From Leucoraja erinacea (lineage: Eukaryota): a stretch of DNA of 64,000 nt. A model generated the notes under the pieces. That model searched no databases. It had not been told where the DNA came from and saw only the letters and a program-made list of their open reading frames with translations. A program made the position numbers and the translations under genes. Numbering within the stretch: position 1 is the stretch's first letter; every line of letters starts with the position of its first letter. The DNA lies in the NCBI RefSeq assembly GCF_028641065.1, contig NC_073395.1, forward strand, positions 37,014,001 to 37,078,000. The letters are read 5' to 3'. This document shows positions 38,170-51,418 of this stretch, piece by piece.

Positions 38170-38204
38170 AGTCTGAAGAAGGGTCTCGACCCGAAACGTC
38201 ATAC
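38170..38204 (+). ncRNA. Minimal type I hammerhead ribozyme core in a Penelope pLTR
   Basis: CTGAAGA-A-GGGT(CTCG)ACCC-GAAAC-GTC: CUGANGA core, stem II, GAAA, palindromic ACGT stem III and GUC cleavage triplet. Stem I is weak in this copy. Confidence 0.7.
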
Positions 38205-38244
38205 ATTCCTTCTCTCCTGAGACGCTGCCTGTCCCACTGAGTGA

Positions 38245-38741
38245 AGGGGCTGTCCCACTTGGGCGACCTAGTTTAGAAGAGTTTGAAAAAATGACATGTT
38301 GAAGACCAGCTTCGACTACCTACGCGAGCTACGACTAACCGGGAAAATTGGACACCGAATAGTGGAGTGTGAAGACGACCTCCTTCGATCTCCTTCGACC
38401 TCTCTTTGACCTCTCTTCGACTATGATGAAGACTATCTACGACTACCTTTGACTACCTTCGACTACCCTCAATTACCTACGACTAACATGCCGACTAAAT
38501 CTATAAGTAAAAAGGGTATAGATTTTCTCCATGGCGACCTTTTTTTTACCTGCGGGCATTTTTTAACACATTGAAAAAAAAGCCGCAAGCTAGCTGAGGC
38601 CTCGAGTATGCGGAGACCACTCTCGAGCATGAAGGAGAGTTACGAAGACCTCCTACGGCCTTGTGTCGACCATGCTGCGAGAATGAGGAGGGCAAACTCG
38701 CCAGAACTCGTGGATTAGGTCGCCCAAGTGGGACAGGCCCT
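38245..38741. mobile_element. PIF/Harbinger-type MITE with internal CGACTA/GACCT micro-repeats
   Basis: AGGGGCTGTCCCACTTGGGCGACCTA...TAGGTCGCCCAAGTGGGACAGGCCCT inserted at the TTA of host GAGTTACT (flanks TGA and TTA). Confidence 0.9.
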
Positions 38742-38839
38742 TTACTTGTTTTTTGTGTCTATCTTCAATATATTCATATTGTAACTCCATGATTCTTTAA
38801 TCTAATGTTCTATTTTTCATACACAGAAGAAATAGGATG

Positions 38840-39420
38840 TGGCGTTAGGATAGACTGAAGCTTTATCAGGCAGACCACATTTAGAGCATTATGGGCATTT
38901 TTCGGTCCCGTATCTGAGAAAGGATGTGCTGTAGCATTGGAGAGGGTCCAGAGTTGGTTTACAAGAATGATCTCAGGAATGATTGGGTTAACATATGGTG
39001 AGCGTTTGAAGGCACTGAGCCTCCACTCACTGAATGATCTAATTGAAACTTACCAAATTGTGAAAGGCCTGGATAGAGTGAATGTGGAGAGGATGTTTCC
39101 ACTAGGACCAGGGGCTATAGAATCAAAAAGGATAAAAGGATGTACCTATAGAAAGGAGAAGAGGAGGAATTTCTTTCGTCAGAGGGTAAATCTGTGGAAT
39201 TCATTGCCACAGATGTCTGTGGAGGCCAAGTCAGTGGATATTTTTAAGGTGGAGTTCGACAGATTCTTGATTAGTACGGGTGTCAGTGTTTATCGGGCGA
39301 AGGTAGGAGAATGGGGTTGAGAGGGAAAGATAGATTAACCATGATTGAATGGCAGCGTAGACTTGATGGGCCGAATAGACTAATTCTGCTCCAAGTACTA
39401 ATGAACATGAACTTATGATA
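38840..39420 (+). mobile_element. CR1/HER1 LINE 3' fragment
   Basis: ERVQSWFTRMI..RNFFRQRVNLWNSLP. Confidence 0.9.
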
Positions 39421-40099
39421 CATCTAATATGGATCGATCACTTGAACTGAGTAGCTGATCGTCCCTAAAATATTGAAAGACGTGGTTTTTTCAAGAATGT
39501 TAAGGGGTCACGTTGAAAAATGATAAAGGTGACATGTGGCTATCATAGGAGCTAAATATGAGGTGTGGCATACAGCCTACATTATCTGGGCCAATGTTTT
39601 CCTGCTTTCCTGATATCCTATAACTGTACTGCCCTGCCGTTGCAATGCCCTTCAGTTAAGCTGCACAACAAACCACACCTAAGCATTCTTACTGGTAGTA
39701 AATTCAGCAAAGAACAGGCAGAATCCCAATTGATGTGTAACATTGAAAGATTGGAACTTTCATAAGATGGGCTTTGTGCTGCAACGTGTAAGAATTTCAA
39801 GACAATTTTCAATAGGACAAGTTTGTACATGGCCTACATTCCAGTCAGTTCACATGCTTGTCAACACCCTTCTTGGAAAAGGTAAAGGTTTTATTATTTT
39901 AATTTCTTTAGGAGATGAATGCAATCAATCACAATGCAATAGACCAGTCTGAAGAAGCATCCTGACCCAGAATGTCATCTATTCATGTTCACCAGAGATG
40001 CTGCCTAACCCATTGAGTTACTCCAACACTTTGTGTTCTTCGATGAAATATCATTTGGGAGCATCTAAATTTGGAATCCTCTTCTGAATTCCAATTTGA

Positions 40100-40265
40100 C
40101 ATAGAATCATTGTCATACAGCATGGAAACGGGCCCTTCGGCCCAACTTGCCCATGCCGACCAAGATGCCTTTCTACATTAGACCCACCTGCCCGTATTTG
40201 GCCCATACCCCTCTAAGCCTTTCCTATCCATGCACCTGTCCAAATGTTGTTTAAATATTGTTATA
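40100..40265 (-). mobile_element. CR1 3' end
   Basis: CATAGAATC..GGAAACGGGCCCTTCGGCCC. Confidence 0.75.
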
Positions 40266-40838
40266 GCAGGCATGGTCGTGGCATGTTGGTCGACTTCTCC
40301 AGTTTAGCGTGGTCTGTTATACACAGTGGAAAAGAAATATTATCCCCTTAGAAACTTGATTTTTGAACAGGTATCTCAGGCTATGTTTTATTCCAGCAAT
40401 TTAAGACACTGGAACTATTGCTACAGAAGACACAAGATGGCAAAAAGGAGCATGCTAATTGTTTTGCAAAGCTTGAAAGCAGAATGGAGCCCTCTCCATT
40501 GACTGGAGCCACATGGCCAATATTGCAGTTGGATGAATTTTCAGTGTCAGTCATTCAGATTATGAAAAATTGATTTGCTGTTAAGTAATAAAAATCTGAT
40601 ACATTGAGGGTCAGTGGCATGGCATTGAGTTGGAAATGAGAGGTTTTGTGATGAAACGTCACAGAATGTATCCAAGCAATCCTAACAACAGTCCCATAAA
40701 TAGCGAAAGAGGCTAGGATTGCCCGTCAGGGAGTGGCTTATCTCATCAGTTACCTTTTCTGATTCCTTATGCAGCATTCCAGAATGAGTTCAAGTGGGAT
40801 TGTAGAGGAGCATCCTATCTAATATCCTGCTTTATGGG

Positions 40839-40955
40839 GAACTGCAGATGCTGGAAAAATCGAAGGTAGACAAAAATGCTGGAGAAACTCAGCGGGTGAG
40901 GCAGCATCTTTGGAGCGAAGGAGTAGGTGATGTTTCGGGTCGAGACCCTTCTTCA
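40839..40955 (-). mobile_element. Penelope pLTR fragment
   Basis: GGAACTGCAGATGCTGG..GTTTCGGGTCGAGACCCTTCTTCA. Confidence 0.8.
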
Positions 40956-41074
40956 TAACAGAAGCAGAATGCTCAGCAGGAGAGGCAGCAACTAAAATGA
41001 GGGCAGTATTTTAAAATCAATGCACATTGATGCAGGACAGAATGCCCGAGGAATCCAAGATGCAGGACAGAACG

Positions 41075-41362
41075 CCACAGGAGATCCTTCTTCCCTGTGG
41101 CTATCAAACTTTACAACTCCTTCCGCTTCTGAAATGGGGTAGACTGAGACTGACTCCCACTATCTCTCCCCCCTCCCCTCCACCTACCCCCAATCTTTGC
41201 ATATTCCCAAAGTCTTCCCACTCGTCACTTTAATTTCATGTTTCATGTATCTTGTGTTTTGCATATGGTGTGTTTTTATGGCTGTTGGCAGATCAATTTC
41301 CCTCCTGGGATAAATGAAGTTCTATCGTATCGTATCGTATCGTATCATATTGCATCGTATCA
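41075..41362 (+). mobile_element. Rex/Babar-type LINE 3' end with (TCGTA)n tail
   Basis: RRSFFPVAIKLYN C-terminus and microsatellite tail. Confidence 0.75.
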
Positions 41363-43121
41363 TTGATCTAAGATGAGACAGCCATTGATAAAAGAGTTAC
41401 AGCCATGAAAAAGAGTATTAGTGAATGCACAACCGGATACAAAAATAAATGAAAATGAACAGTTTGAAAGATGGAGTCCAAATAAGCTTGTCAACAAGAA
41501 GAATTTCCACAAATAGGGCAATCCTGAAATACACCAAATAATGAAGCAAAATAGTGCATTTGTTGACAGTCTGAGGTAAAATACAGATTAGGTAGCATTT
41601 TAGCAAAGAGCATAATTAGGTTAATGTTTTGAGGTGTATAAGATGATGTAGAGAAATCGCAAATATAGGACCAATTCATACATGGAAACAGTAATGAAGA
41701 TGAACAGAGCAAGATCCAAATTCAAGCATTTTAAGAAATGTGTGTTTGTGTCTTCGACTCTACCATACACTGGAATGGGAGATGGACTGGAAAAGTAAGT
41801 GTAAAACAAAGCAGCCTCATAAATGATGGCAATTAAAGCACAATCCCTTTTCTAAAGCTTCACCTTTGAGAATCTATGGCTCTCAGTTTAAATAAAAAGC
41901 AGGATTTCAGATTCCTGAGATTTGTATCAAAATATCATTGCCTTCACTGAAGGTGGAAAAGGATGAAGTAGCAACACGAAGAGTATCACAAGTCCCACCT
42001 CCTTCGGGTAGATATACGGCACCAGAACCCTGCTGTGTTATTGCATATTTCCATTCAATTGAGTGCAAACTATTTTTCTATGCATTGCAAAATTAAATTG
42101 CTACTTAAATTAAAAAGTAATTCAAATGGCAATTACGGGTTGAAAGTCTACTGATTATTTAATTAAATAATTTTATTAACTTCAGACAGACTTCACTGGG
42201 CTGACCGATAGCCAGCCTCATTCCCTCTTAGGGGATTTCTTCTTAAATTATTATTTGATGAAACAGCGCTCTGCTCGCTGGTCACCAAGCGGAACCGATG
42301 ACTCAAAAAGATACCTGGGGGAGCAATATACAGTAGGAATGACATCTATAACATGAGTTCAATTACAATAATACTGGTAATAGGGTTGGAGTTATACTGA
42401 GACAAATTTAAGATGACGGATAAAATTTTACACTTAATTATCATCCTCCACTCTCCAAAAATGCATTAAAGCAAGTTTGTTTGCTACTCTTATTTTAAAA
42501 TGGTAGCAATCAGAAATAATTAATCTGCGTCATCAGAACTCATGACAGCTGGATAAAGTGCACCCATTTCAAACATCCTATTGTGTATAGTTTGTGGAAT
42601 ATATTCAGAGTATATTTACAAATGTACTGAGTGAGTAATATGATGTAAAACCAGTTTGATAATGTCCCTGAAAACAGGAGTTTCATTTTCTATTTGGCAA
42701 CATTTTTTTTTTCTAATTCATTGTGTCACCTGTACATAAGCATTCCCCAGAAGACAAGTAAATACTAGCAGCAGGTACATTATTTACGATCAGTTACTAC
42801 ATTTTATGCATAAAGCGGACATCTGTTTATTCAACAATTTCCTTTTGTTGACCATGATTGGAATGAGCTTGTATTCTTCTTTGCTGTGTGTGGTTGTGCT
42901 TCACTCCATGAGAGGGTGAGCAGAGCTTTCACGCACACATTCATCTTGCAGCAACGTGCCAGAGTACTTTTAGCACGGGTAAATACTGAGCCAAGGAGCA
43001 CTGGACGCTTACGAAAATGGATATTAATTTAAATAAATAATATTTTGCAGCGCTGATCTGCTCCTGTCCAACATCATACTTGACGTAGTGTTGCACGCAG
43101 CCTTGCCGTACAGTCTTTGCG

Positions 43122-43430
43122 GGCGGCACAGTGTCGTAGCTAGTCGAGATGCTGCCTCACTGAGCCAGACAACAGGGTTCAATGCTGACCACAGGGATGT
43201 CTGTGTGGAATTTGCATGTTCTCTGTGCGCCTGTGTGGGTTTCTTCCAGGTGCTCTGGTGTCCTCCCACATCCGAAAGAGGTGCGAGTTTTTAGGTTAAC
43301 TGGCCTTTGTAAATTGCCCCTAGTGTGTAGGGAGTGGATGAGAAAGTGGAATAACATGAAATTAGTGTGATCGATGGTTGCATGGACTCAGTGGGCCGAA
43401 GTGCCTGGTTCCATGCTGTGTCTCTAAACT
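43122..43430 (+). mobile_element. HE1-family SINE
   Basis: tRNA-like head, core and CTCTAAACT end. Confidence 0.85.
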
Positions 43431-43596
43431 TTACAATATGTCTGTCGACTTTGGCATTGATATTGATTTTGGTTTATTAATGTTATGTGGGTTGAGATAC
43501 AATGAAAACCTCTGTTTGTGGCGTTGTCAAGGGAACTCCAATTGGGCCAGAGGGCCTGTTTCCGTGCTGTAGGACTCTAATGTCCTAAAATTCTTA

Positions 43597-43913
43597 AGGG
43601 CCTGTCCCTCTGTACGAGCTAATTCAAGAGTTCTCCCGAGTTTCCCCTGATTCGAACACGGAGAATTACGGTAATAGCTGCTCGTAGGTACTCGAAGCTC
43701 TCATGGACATTTTTCAACATGTCAAAAAATCTTCACGAGTCTTCACGAGCTTACTGTGTTTCCCAAGTACCTGCCGTTAGCGTTACGAGCCGCTAAGAGA
43801 CATCCCGATCTCTGACGTACCCGCTACGTACATTTTACGTGCTTACCACGAGTTTGATTTTTTTTTAAACTCAGGAGAACTCTTGAATTAGCTCGTACAG
43901 TGGGACAGGCCCT
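43597..43913. mobile_element. PIF/Harbinger-type MITE
   Basis: TTA|AGGGCCTGTCCCTCTGTACGAGCTAATTCAAGAGTTCTCC...GGAGAACTCTTGAATTAGCTCGTACAGTGGGACAGGCCCT, TIR about 45 bp. Confidence 0.9.
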
Positions 43914-44218
43914 ACTCCTTATTTTAAATCTATTGTCTTTATTTTTAGATCCCTCTACTGGAGGTAAACATTTCCCACTACTAGTACCACTCTACCCCAT
44001 CCATCATTTGTAAAGCTCTGTCAGGTCCATCCCTCTCTCCCCCACCTCCACCAGCTTTCTCTGATCCAAAGAAGACAAACCAGACTCTCCAGCCTCACTT
44101 CATTATGGAATTGCTCCATTCTAGAGTGCTCGATGATTCTCCTCTGAACACACTACAGTATTATTGCATCGTTCCTATAGTGTGGCACGTTTACACTCTG
44201 CTCCAGCAGTCACATATT

Positions 44219-44782
44219 TAGACACAAAATGCTGGAGTAACTCAGTGGAACAGGCAGCATCTCTGGATAGAAGGAATGGGTGATGTATTGGGTCCTTCTT
44301 CAGACTGAGAGTCAGGGGATAGGGAGGCACAGAGATAAGGAAGTGTCAGGTGTGGAAGCGAGACATCAAAGAGGATGTGTCAGGAAAATGTAGAATAGAT
44401 CATTGGTATGAATATTGGCCCTCTAACTTCAAGTCACCCTTGCTTTCTCCCTCTCTCCATCCCTCCCCTTCCTAGTTCCCCATCCAGTCTGACTATCCCC
44501 TTGATTACATTTTATCTCTGTATGCTTCGTTGTCACCTTCTCTAAGCTAACAATGGTCTTTTCTACATTTTCCTTGATCAACATCCCCTTTGATGTCTCG
44601 TTTTCACACCTCACACTGTCTTATCTCTGTGTCTCCCTCTCCCCTGACTCCCAGTCTGAAGAAGGGTCTGAACCCGATACTTCACCCATTCCTTCTATCC
44701 AGAGATGCTGCCTGACTCGCTGAGTCCAGCATTTTATGTCTATCTTTGGTGTAAACCAGCATTTGCAGTTCCTTCCAACACA
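44219..44782. mobile_element. Penelope 3' end with inverted pLTR (foldback of about 180-bp arms)
   Basis: 44219-44400 is the reverse complement of about 44555-44742. Confidence 0.8.
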
Positions 44783-46039
44783 CCATGTCATGTAGAGTTA
44801 TATTGTAATCTCCTTGATCCTATATTCTATGCCCCAACTAATGAAAGCAAGTATCAGATGTGATTTCCATGCCAGCTTATCTATCTGTGCTGCCACCTTC
44901 ATGGATCCTTGGATTAGTACACTGTTCTTCAATACTCTTTAATGTCCTACACCTTAATGTCCTACACATAACGTCCCACACATATCAGGATTGACATGAC
45001 TGGCGGAGTAGCCACAGAGACACAAACCTCTGTAGAGGCTACAAGAAATCTGTCAGACATGATCTCCAGCTATATCTTGCACTGATTTCATTTCCTTTCA
45101 TGCGGGAGGGGCAGATGGAGAAGGTCACGCAATTTATCTTGAGATGTTTTATTTTGCAGTCTCATGGTGGCCAGCCCTTGGGGATTCTGAACAAGGACAA
45201 CCAATTGGTAGCTGTCCTTTTCCTCCTGCTCATCTTTATTTATAGCAGTGTGGAGGCTCCATCTCATGGCCTTCAGGCAGTGGGTCCCTTGCTACTCTTC
45301 CTCTGGCACTGCCTGCTGTCTTTGTGCAGTACACTGCAGCTGATCACAACATTTGCACATCTGCTTGTAAGATGCCCTCTGGACAGATGTAGGTAATAAT
45401 ATCTGGCCTCCAGGAGACCCATGTATTTTTCTGTATGGTTCTGTCAGGTGAGTGGGTCTCACTGCATCTGCGCTCAGCTGTTGTAGCTGGAGATCGGAGC
45501 AAGCAGTCAGGAAAGAAGAAGACGGCCTTTGTGCCTCGGTGCACATCATGCTGGAAATGTATGTCATTGTTGACTCCCATCGGGTGAAGTGCTTGCCGTG
45601 AAGAAATTCTTCTTGTGCATTTAAGGAGTGGTAATGCCTCTCTTCTTAAATATGTCTGGGATGTTTTACAGGAGCTGTCTGGACACATGAGTGTAGTCAA
45701 TAGTTGTCAGTGCTTGTGGGAATCAGGCAATGACAACCAGCAGGCATCTGTTCTTCACTGAAAGCAAAGTGGGTGAAATAATGTTATTGCAAATACAGAG
45801 ACTGGGTGACCTCTCCACTACCTGCTGTGACTTGTACATTGGGAGGTAGAGCAGCATGCTGATGTGGCCAGCAAACAATAGCTGTAGCAAGGAAATTGAG
45901 AGTAAACGCAACCTCGACCTACAGTGAGAGAATAGTTCAAGTATTGAAACACAGCCCCACGTCTACTCACAGAGAGGCACAAATCACAGTGACGATAACC
46001 TTGAAAAGTCTAAGCGAATATATCGTTCATCAAAGAGAT

Positions 46040-46322
46040 TAGTTCAGTTCAGTTTGGTTTAGAGATACAGCATGGAAACAGGTCCTTCAGCCTACCATGT
46101 CTGTGCCCACCAGCAATCCCCGTACATTAGTTCTATCCTACACACTAGGGACAATTTCACAGAAGCCAATTAACCTACAAACCTGTACGTCTGGAATGTG
46201 GGAGAATCCGGAGCAACCGATAAAACCTATGCGATCACAGGGAGAACATACAAACTCCGCACAGACAAGCACCGGTAGTCAGGATTGAACCAGAGTCCCC
46301 GGCACTGTAAGGTAGCATTGTA
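46040..46322 (-). mobile_element. HE1-family SINE
   Basis: HE1 core motifs. Confidence 0.88.
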
Positions 46323-46746
46323 CTCGGGAGAAGTGGGGGCAGAATGTAGTCAATACATTGACATGGTTTCTTGAAGTGAATCAATTTGAATGGGAGGGGG
46401 TCAGGAAGTGGGATTAGCTGTTTTCTCTTGCACAGAGTTGGACTCGGTGAGCCGAATGGCTTTTTCCATGTGGAAGCTACTTTGGAATTCTGCAAATTAT
46501 ATTTTTGTTCCGTGAATCATTCGGGAAATGCATTGGCAATCCATTGTACGCTCCACAACCTGATTATTATGCAGCTTCAGTGTTCACAAACATCTGAGAA
46601 GCATCTGGTGGAATAGTACGAGATGGGACAGATGGGACAGATGGGGAAGGAGATGAAAGGAAGATGAGGAAGGTGCCAGGGACCCAGGTTTGATCCTATC
46701 CAAGAGATCAGACAAATCTGTAACCTTCACTGTATTAACATACAAT

Positions 46747-47038
46747 GCACAGTGGCACAGCAGTAGAGTTGCTGCCTACAGTGCCAGAGACCCAGGTTTG
46801 ATCCTATCCGTGCATGCTGTTTGAATGGAATTTGTAAGTTCTCCCTGTGACCACGTGGGTTTTCTCCGGGTGCTCCAGTTTCCTCCATATCCCTGCCCTC
46901 TCCCCGTAGCCCCTTATCCCCTTGGCAGCTAACCGGTACCGGTTTGTAGATTAATTGGCTTGTATAGTGTTAATATGCAGGGATTGCTGGTCTGCGCAGA
47001 GGGCCTGTTTCGGCGCTGTATCTCTAAACTAAACTAAA
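46747..47038 (+). mobile_element. HE1-family SINE
   Basis: A and B boxes, AAACT tail. Confidence 0.88.
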
Positions 47039-48850
47039 ATAATCAGACTGTTCTCAGTGTATTTATCCCAGATCCCCATTCCACTGTTGTTCCCATTCAG
47101 CAACCATCTGTCACTGATCATTGCAGTGTCTATTTGAACATGCAGCTTAAATGAAAGCATAAAAGCCAACACCAATTAATCATTCATAAGCATATTAAAT
47201 ACATCCAACCATGACCAAAACAATTATCCTCTAATCCTTTTTATGCTTTCCCTCAACACTTTGCCTGTTCTGCTGTCCCTACCTATGCCATGCTCCCACA
47301 GTGGCTGCAGAAAGGTTGGCGGGAGAGTGGTGTCAGAAAAATCCTCCTTTATGTATTTACCTCCTTGGCATAGTTTAGTTGAGTTTAGTTCATTGTCACA
47401 TGTACTGAGGTACAGTGCAAAGTTTTCATGACATGCTAACTAGTCAGCGGAATTACTGTACATGATTACAATCGAGTTGTACATAGTGTACAGTTACATG
47501 ATATAGGGAATAACGCTTATTGTAAGATAAAGTCCGATTAAAGATAGTCCAATGGCTAGAATGTATCCGTACACTGTGAATGGCTCGATTGCAACCATGC
47601 ACTATCCCTCCGCTGGTTGGTCAGCACACAACAAAAGCCCCTCATTGTACACTGGCACACGTGACAATAAACCAGACCAAAATTGAAACTAAAATTGAAC
47701 GAAGGTCTCCAGTGAGATAGTTAGTGGGTCAGGACAGGTAATGAAGACCAGGTTGTTCTGGGGGTGTCCAATGACAGGTTCACATGGTCCAACCTCCCCT
47801 GCAGTGTTCCAGTGCAGGATAGAACATCAAACCACATGTCCCCATGCAGAGATTACGCCGGAGTGATGGTTACATTCTGTGGTAACTTGCAAGCGACTGA
47901 GCCAGACCCCCTTTTTGAGGGGTGCATCTGAGCAATCCTTATGACCTGTGTCTTGACTCTTTCTAAGCCCTTTATCTAACCCATGATGGCAGAAATCTGC
48001 AGCCCTCCAAAGTTATATAACCCCAGCTTATTTTGTGAGAGAAATTATTTTGTGAGATTTTGGAAAGCAGATCCAATAAGGCAGGGGATATCAAGAATTG
48101 CGATCAAGCTAGCCAGCACTTGATAAACAGGATAGAATATCTCAACTCTGCACAGAGCCGAGTGGAAGATTAGAACAGGACTGTCAAATATTCCTGGACC
48201 TTGCACGAACGGTCTCTGGTTGATTGCAATGCATTTCAGTGGATTGACCATCAGTGTGGATTGCTCTCTTTTCTCAAGTCTTTTTTGCACCCTTTCCAGC
48301 ATTCTGTTATCCTTATTTTAGCAGGATGACCAAACTGTACACAGTACTCCCAAAATCAGCTGACAAGGTTATTGGCTGCAACCTTCCCTCCATCGACGAA
48401 CAGTACACTGCAAGGGCCAGGATGCGAGCGGGTAAGATCATTTCTGACCCCTCTCACCCTGGACACAAACTCTTTGAATCACTTTGATAACCTTTTTTAC
48501 TCTCTACTAAATCGCCAGTTTTAGTATCATCAACAACTTACAAATCATGCCACTTACATTCTCATCCAAAGTGTGAACATAAAAAAATCATCAAACAGTG
48601 TACTCAAAACCACAGACATCACAGCATCGATCCCTGTAGCACATCACACATTACAAGCCATCAGTCCGAAAAACAGCCCTCTACCACTGCCCACTGTCTC
48701 CTACCTTCAAGCCAATTGTGGATCTGACTGGTTAGCTCACACTGGTTGGTATGTGATCTAACCTTCCAGACCAGTCTTCATTGTGCTACCATGTCAAATG
48801 GAAAGTTAAAATACCCCTCTATTACAACCCTATTATTCTTGTAACTATCT

Positions 48851-49145
48851 AGGGCGCACGGTGGTGTAGCAGTAGAACTACTGCCTTAAAGCGCCAGAGA
48901 CCCGGGTGCTTTCTTTTCGGAGTTTGGACATTCTCCCCTTGACCTGAGTGGGTTTTCTCCCAGATCTTCGGTTTCTTCCCACACTCCAAAGACGTACAGG
49001 TTTGTTGGTTAATTGGCTTGGTGTAAATGTCAAAATTGTCCCTAATGTGTGTAGGATAGTGTTAGTGTGCGGGCATCACTGGTTGGTGTAGACTTGGTGT
49101 GCCAAAGGGCCTGTTTTCGCGCTGTATATGTATATCTAAATTAAA
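48851..49145 (+). mobile_element. HE1-family SINE
   Basis: HE1 head, core and tail. Confidence 0.88.
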
Positions 49146-49148
49146 CAT

Positions 49149-49403
49149 TTCTTCCCAGAGGCAATTCGGACTGTAAACGCCTTTCTCACCAGGGACTAAC
49201 TCTACAGAACGTTTTTCCTTCTATTATTTATTATGTAAAAGAATATGTGTGTTATGATTGTGTTTATAATTTGTTTGGTTGTTTTGTTGTTTGTCTTTTG
49301 CACAAAAGTCCGTGAGCATTGCCACTTTCATTTCACTGCACATCTCGTATGTGTAGGTGACAAATAAACTTGACTTGACTTGACTTGACTTGACTTGACT
49401 TGA
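49149..49403 (+). mobile_element. Rex/Babar-type LINE 3' end with (CTTGA)n tail
   Basis: FFPEAIRTVN C-terminus, then AATAAA(CTTGA)7. Confidence 0.8.
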
Positions 49404-49768
49404 TTGAATTGAGCCATTCACAATGTACAGATACATGATAAAGGAATAATGTTTAGTGCAAGGTAAAGCCAGCAAAGTCCGAACAAGGATAGGGTAGTGT
49501 TAATGTGTGGGAATCGCAGACTCAGTGGGCTGAAGGGCCTGTTTCCGTGCTTTATCTCCAAACTAAACTAAAATAAAAACCAATCTTTGATCTCATTGCA
49601 TAATTCATTTTCTAATTCCTGCTGATCATTGGGGCAGGGGACAATAATACAATCTCTTTGAAGTGTCCACCTCTTCTTATTTCTCAGTTCCACCCATATA
49701 GCCTCACTGAATGAAGCTATGATTATCCTCTCTGTCATGATGTTCTCGCTTGTCAAAAATGCAAACCA

Positions 49769-49801
<33 letters not shown>

Positions 49802-49979
49802 ACCTCCCCCCCCTCCTCTCCCCGTCATCCTTCCTCCTTTCTAACCTCCACCTCTATCTCTCCTGTCGCATTTATACTCTGGAACATAGAGCAGTCAATC
49901 CTGTCCCTCCCTCAGCCACATCTCAGTAATAGTCTATGAACTGTCTGCTTACCTTGCTCTCTTTAACTTCTATATTTGC

Positions 49980-50320
49980 ATCATAGAGTCATAGAATGAT
50001 ACAGCGTGGAAACAGGCCCTTCGGCCAAACTTGACCACACTGGCCAACAAGCCCCATCTATTCTAGTCCCACCTGCCTGCGCTTTGTCCATAACCCTCCA
50101 AACCTGTCCTATCCATTTACCTGTCAAACTCTTTCTTAAATTTTGGGATAGTGCCTGCTTCTAATATATCCTCTGACAGCTCGTTCAATACACCCACCAC
50201 CGATTGTGTGAAATAGTTACCCCTCAGATTCCTTTTAAATCTTTTCACCTTCACCTTAAACCTATGTCCTCTGGTCCTCGATTCATCTACTCTGGGCAAG
50301 AGACGCTGTGCATCTACCTA
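49980..50320 (-). mobile_element. CR1 LINE 3' fragment
   Basis: PRVDESRTRGHRFKVK..YFTQSVV. Confidence 0.9.
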
Positions 50321-51290
50321 TTTATCAATATATTCCAGGCATGAATCTATTTATCTGTCTCTCTGTTTTAAGCTCTCCCCTCCTCCAAGCTAGTTTAATT
50401 CTGCTGTATATTCTAAATGGCCAAACTTGATCAAATCAGTTTAAATTGGTCAAATGTTAATTCCAAAATAGAATTGATCATTCAAAATAAATGCACTTTC
50501 AATTGTTAAGATGTGAACATGTTGAAAAGCCCATCTTAATGATTAAAATGATCTTAATGAAAAGGCTTGCAAAAGTATTTCTTTTCATAATTAAAGTGAG
50601 CCACACAACTCACTTCCATGCCTTTTAAGAAAGGAAAATCCAGCAAAGCACTCTCCCATAAAATTCTAACCTTAATTCATTATAGTGATTTGCAGTCAAG
50701 CTGGCATTTTTGTCACCAAGCAAAGTCTGTAAAGAAAAATGAGCAACTGTTCTGCTGCATTAGTTGTTGCTTTGCACTGAATATGCCGTTCACTTCTAAA
50801 GCATGAAGTCGACTTTCAGAAGCGTCTTTAATAAGTGTTGTTAAAAACAGCAACGAAAACCAAATATTTGACCAATTATGTTAATGGTGGCATAATGCCA
50901 GAAATAAATGACTTATGAAATTATTTTAGGATGAATTCTTTGCCTTGCTGGTCATACATGCTAATCCAATTGTAAGTCATTTTAATGGCACTTACAAAGC
51001 ACACTGTTGATTTAGAGTCATGCAAAAGTACTTTAGCAAATGATTGGAAACTGGTAGCTAACATTTTTCAGTTTCAAAGACAGCAACAAGGATAGTAAAT
51101 GGTGGAAATGTACTGTAGGTCAGACAGAATTTGCAGAACGAGAATGAGACAAGGTATCAGGTCATCAGAACTGGAAAAGTCAGAAAACAGGTATGTCACA
51201 AATTGCAGAGAGTGGAGATGAGTGGAGAGACAAAGGGAATGTCTGTCATGGGACACTTATTTCTTACTTTTATGGTACAGGTGGAAGGTC

Positions 51291-51418
51291 AAAGATAGAC
51301 ACAAAAAGCTGAAGTAACTCAGCGGGACAGGCAGTATTTCTGGAGAGAAGGAATAGGTGACGTTTCAGGTCGAAACCCTTCTTCAGACTTAAAACCAAGC
51401 AACTGCAGTTCCTTCCTA
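51291..51418. mobile_element. Penelope pLTR with intact hammerhead core on the minus strand (about 51356-51389)
   Basis: Reverse complement reads AGT-CTGAAGA-A-GGGT(TTCG)ACCT-GAAACGTC-ACC. Confidence 0.75.

Larger units (their letters stand above)
38075..38770. mobile_element. Inverted Penelope pLTR pair interrupted by a MITE
   Basis: Minus copy at 38075-38165. Plus copy at 38170-38244 resumes at 38742. Confidence 0.8.

Noticed and set aside
49769-49820. Poly-C and poly-G runs (also 177, 4376, 57223) as poly-Gly/Pro coding or regulatory G4
   Set aside because: Simple homopolymers, mostly inside decayed TEs, with lengths unreliable in assemblies.
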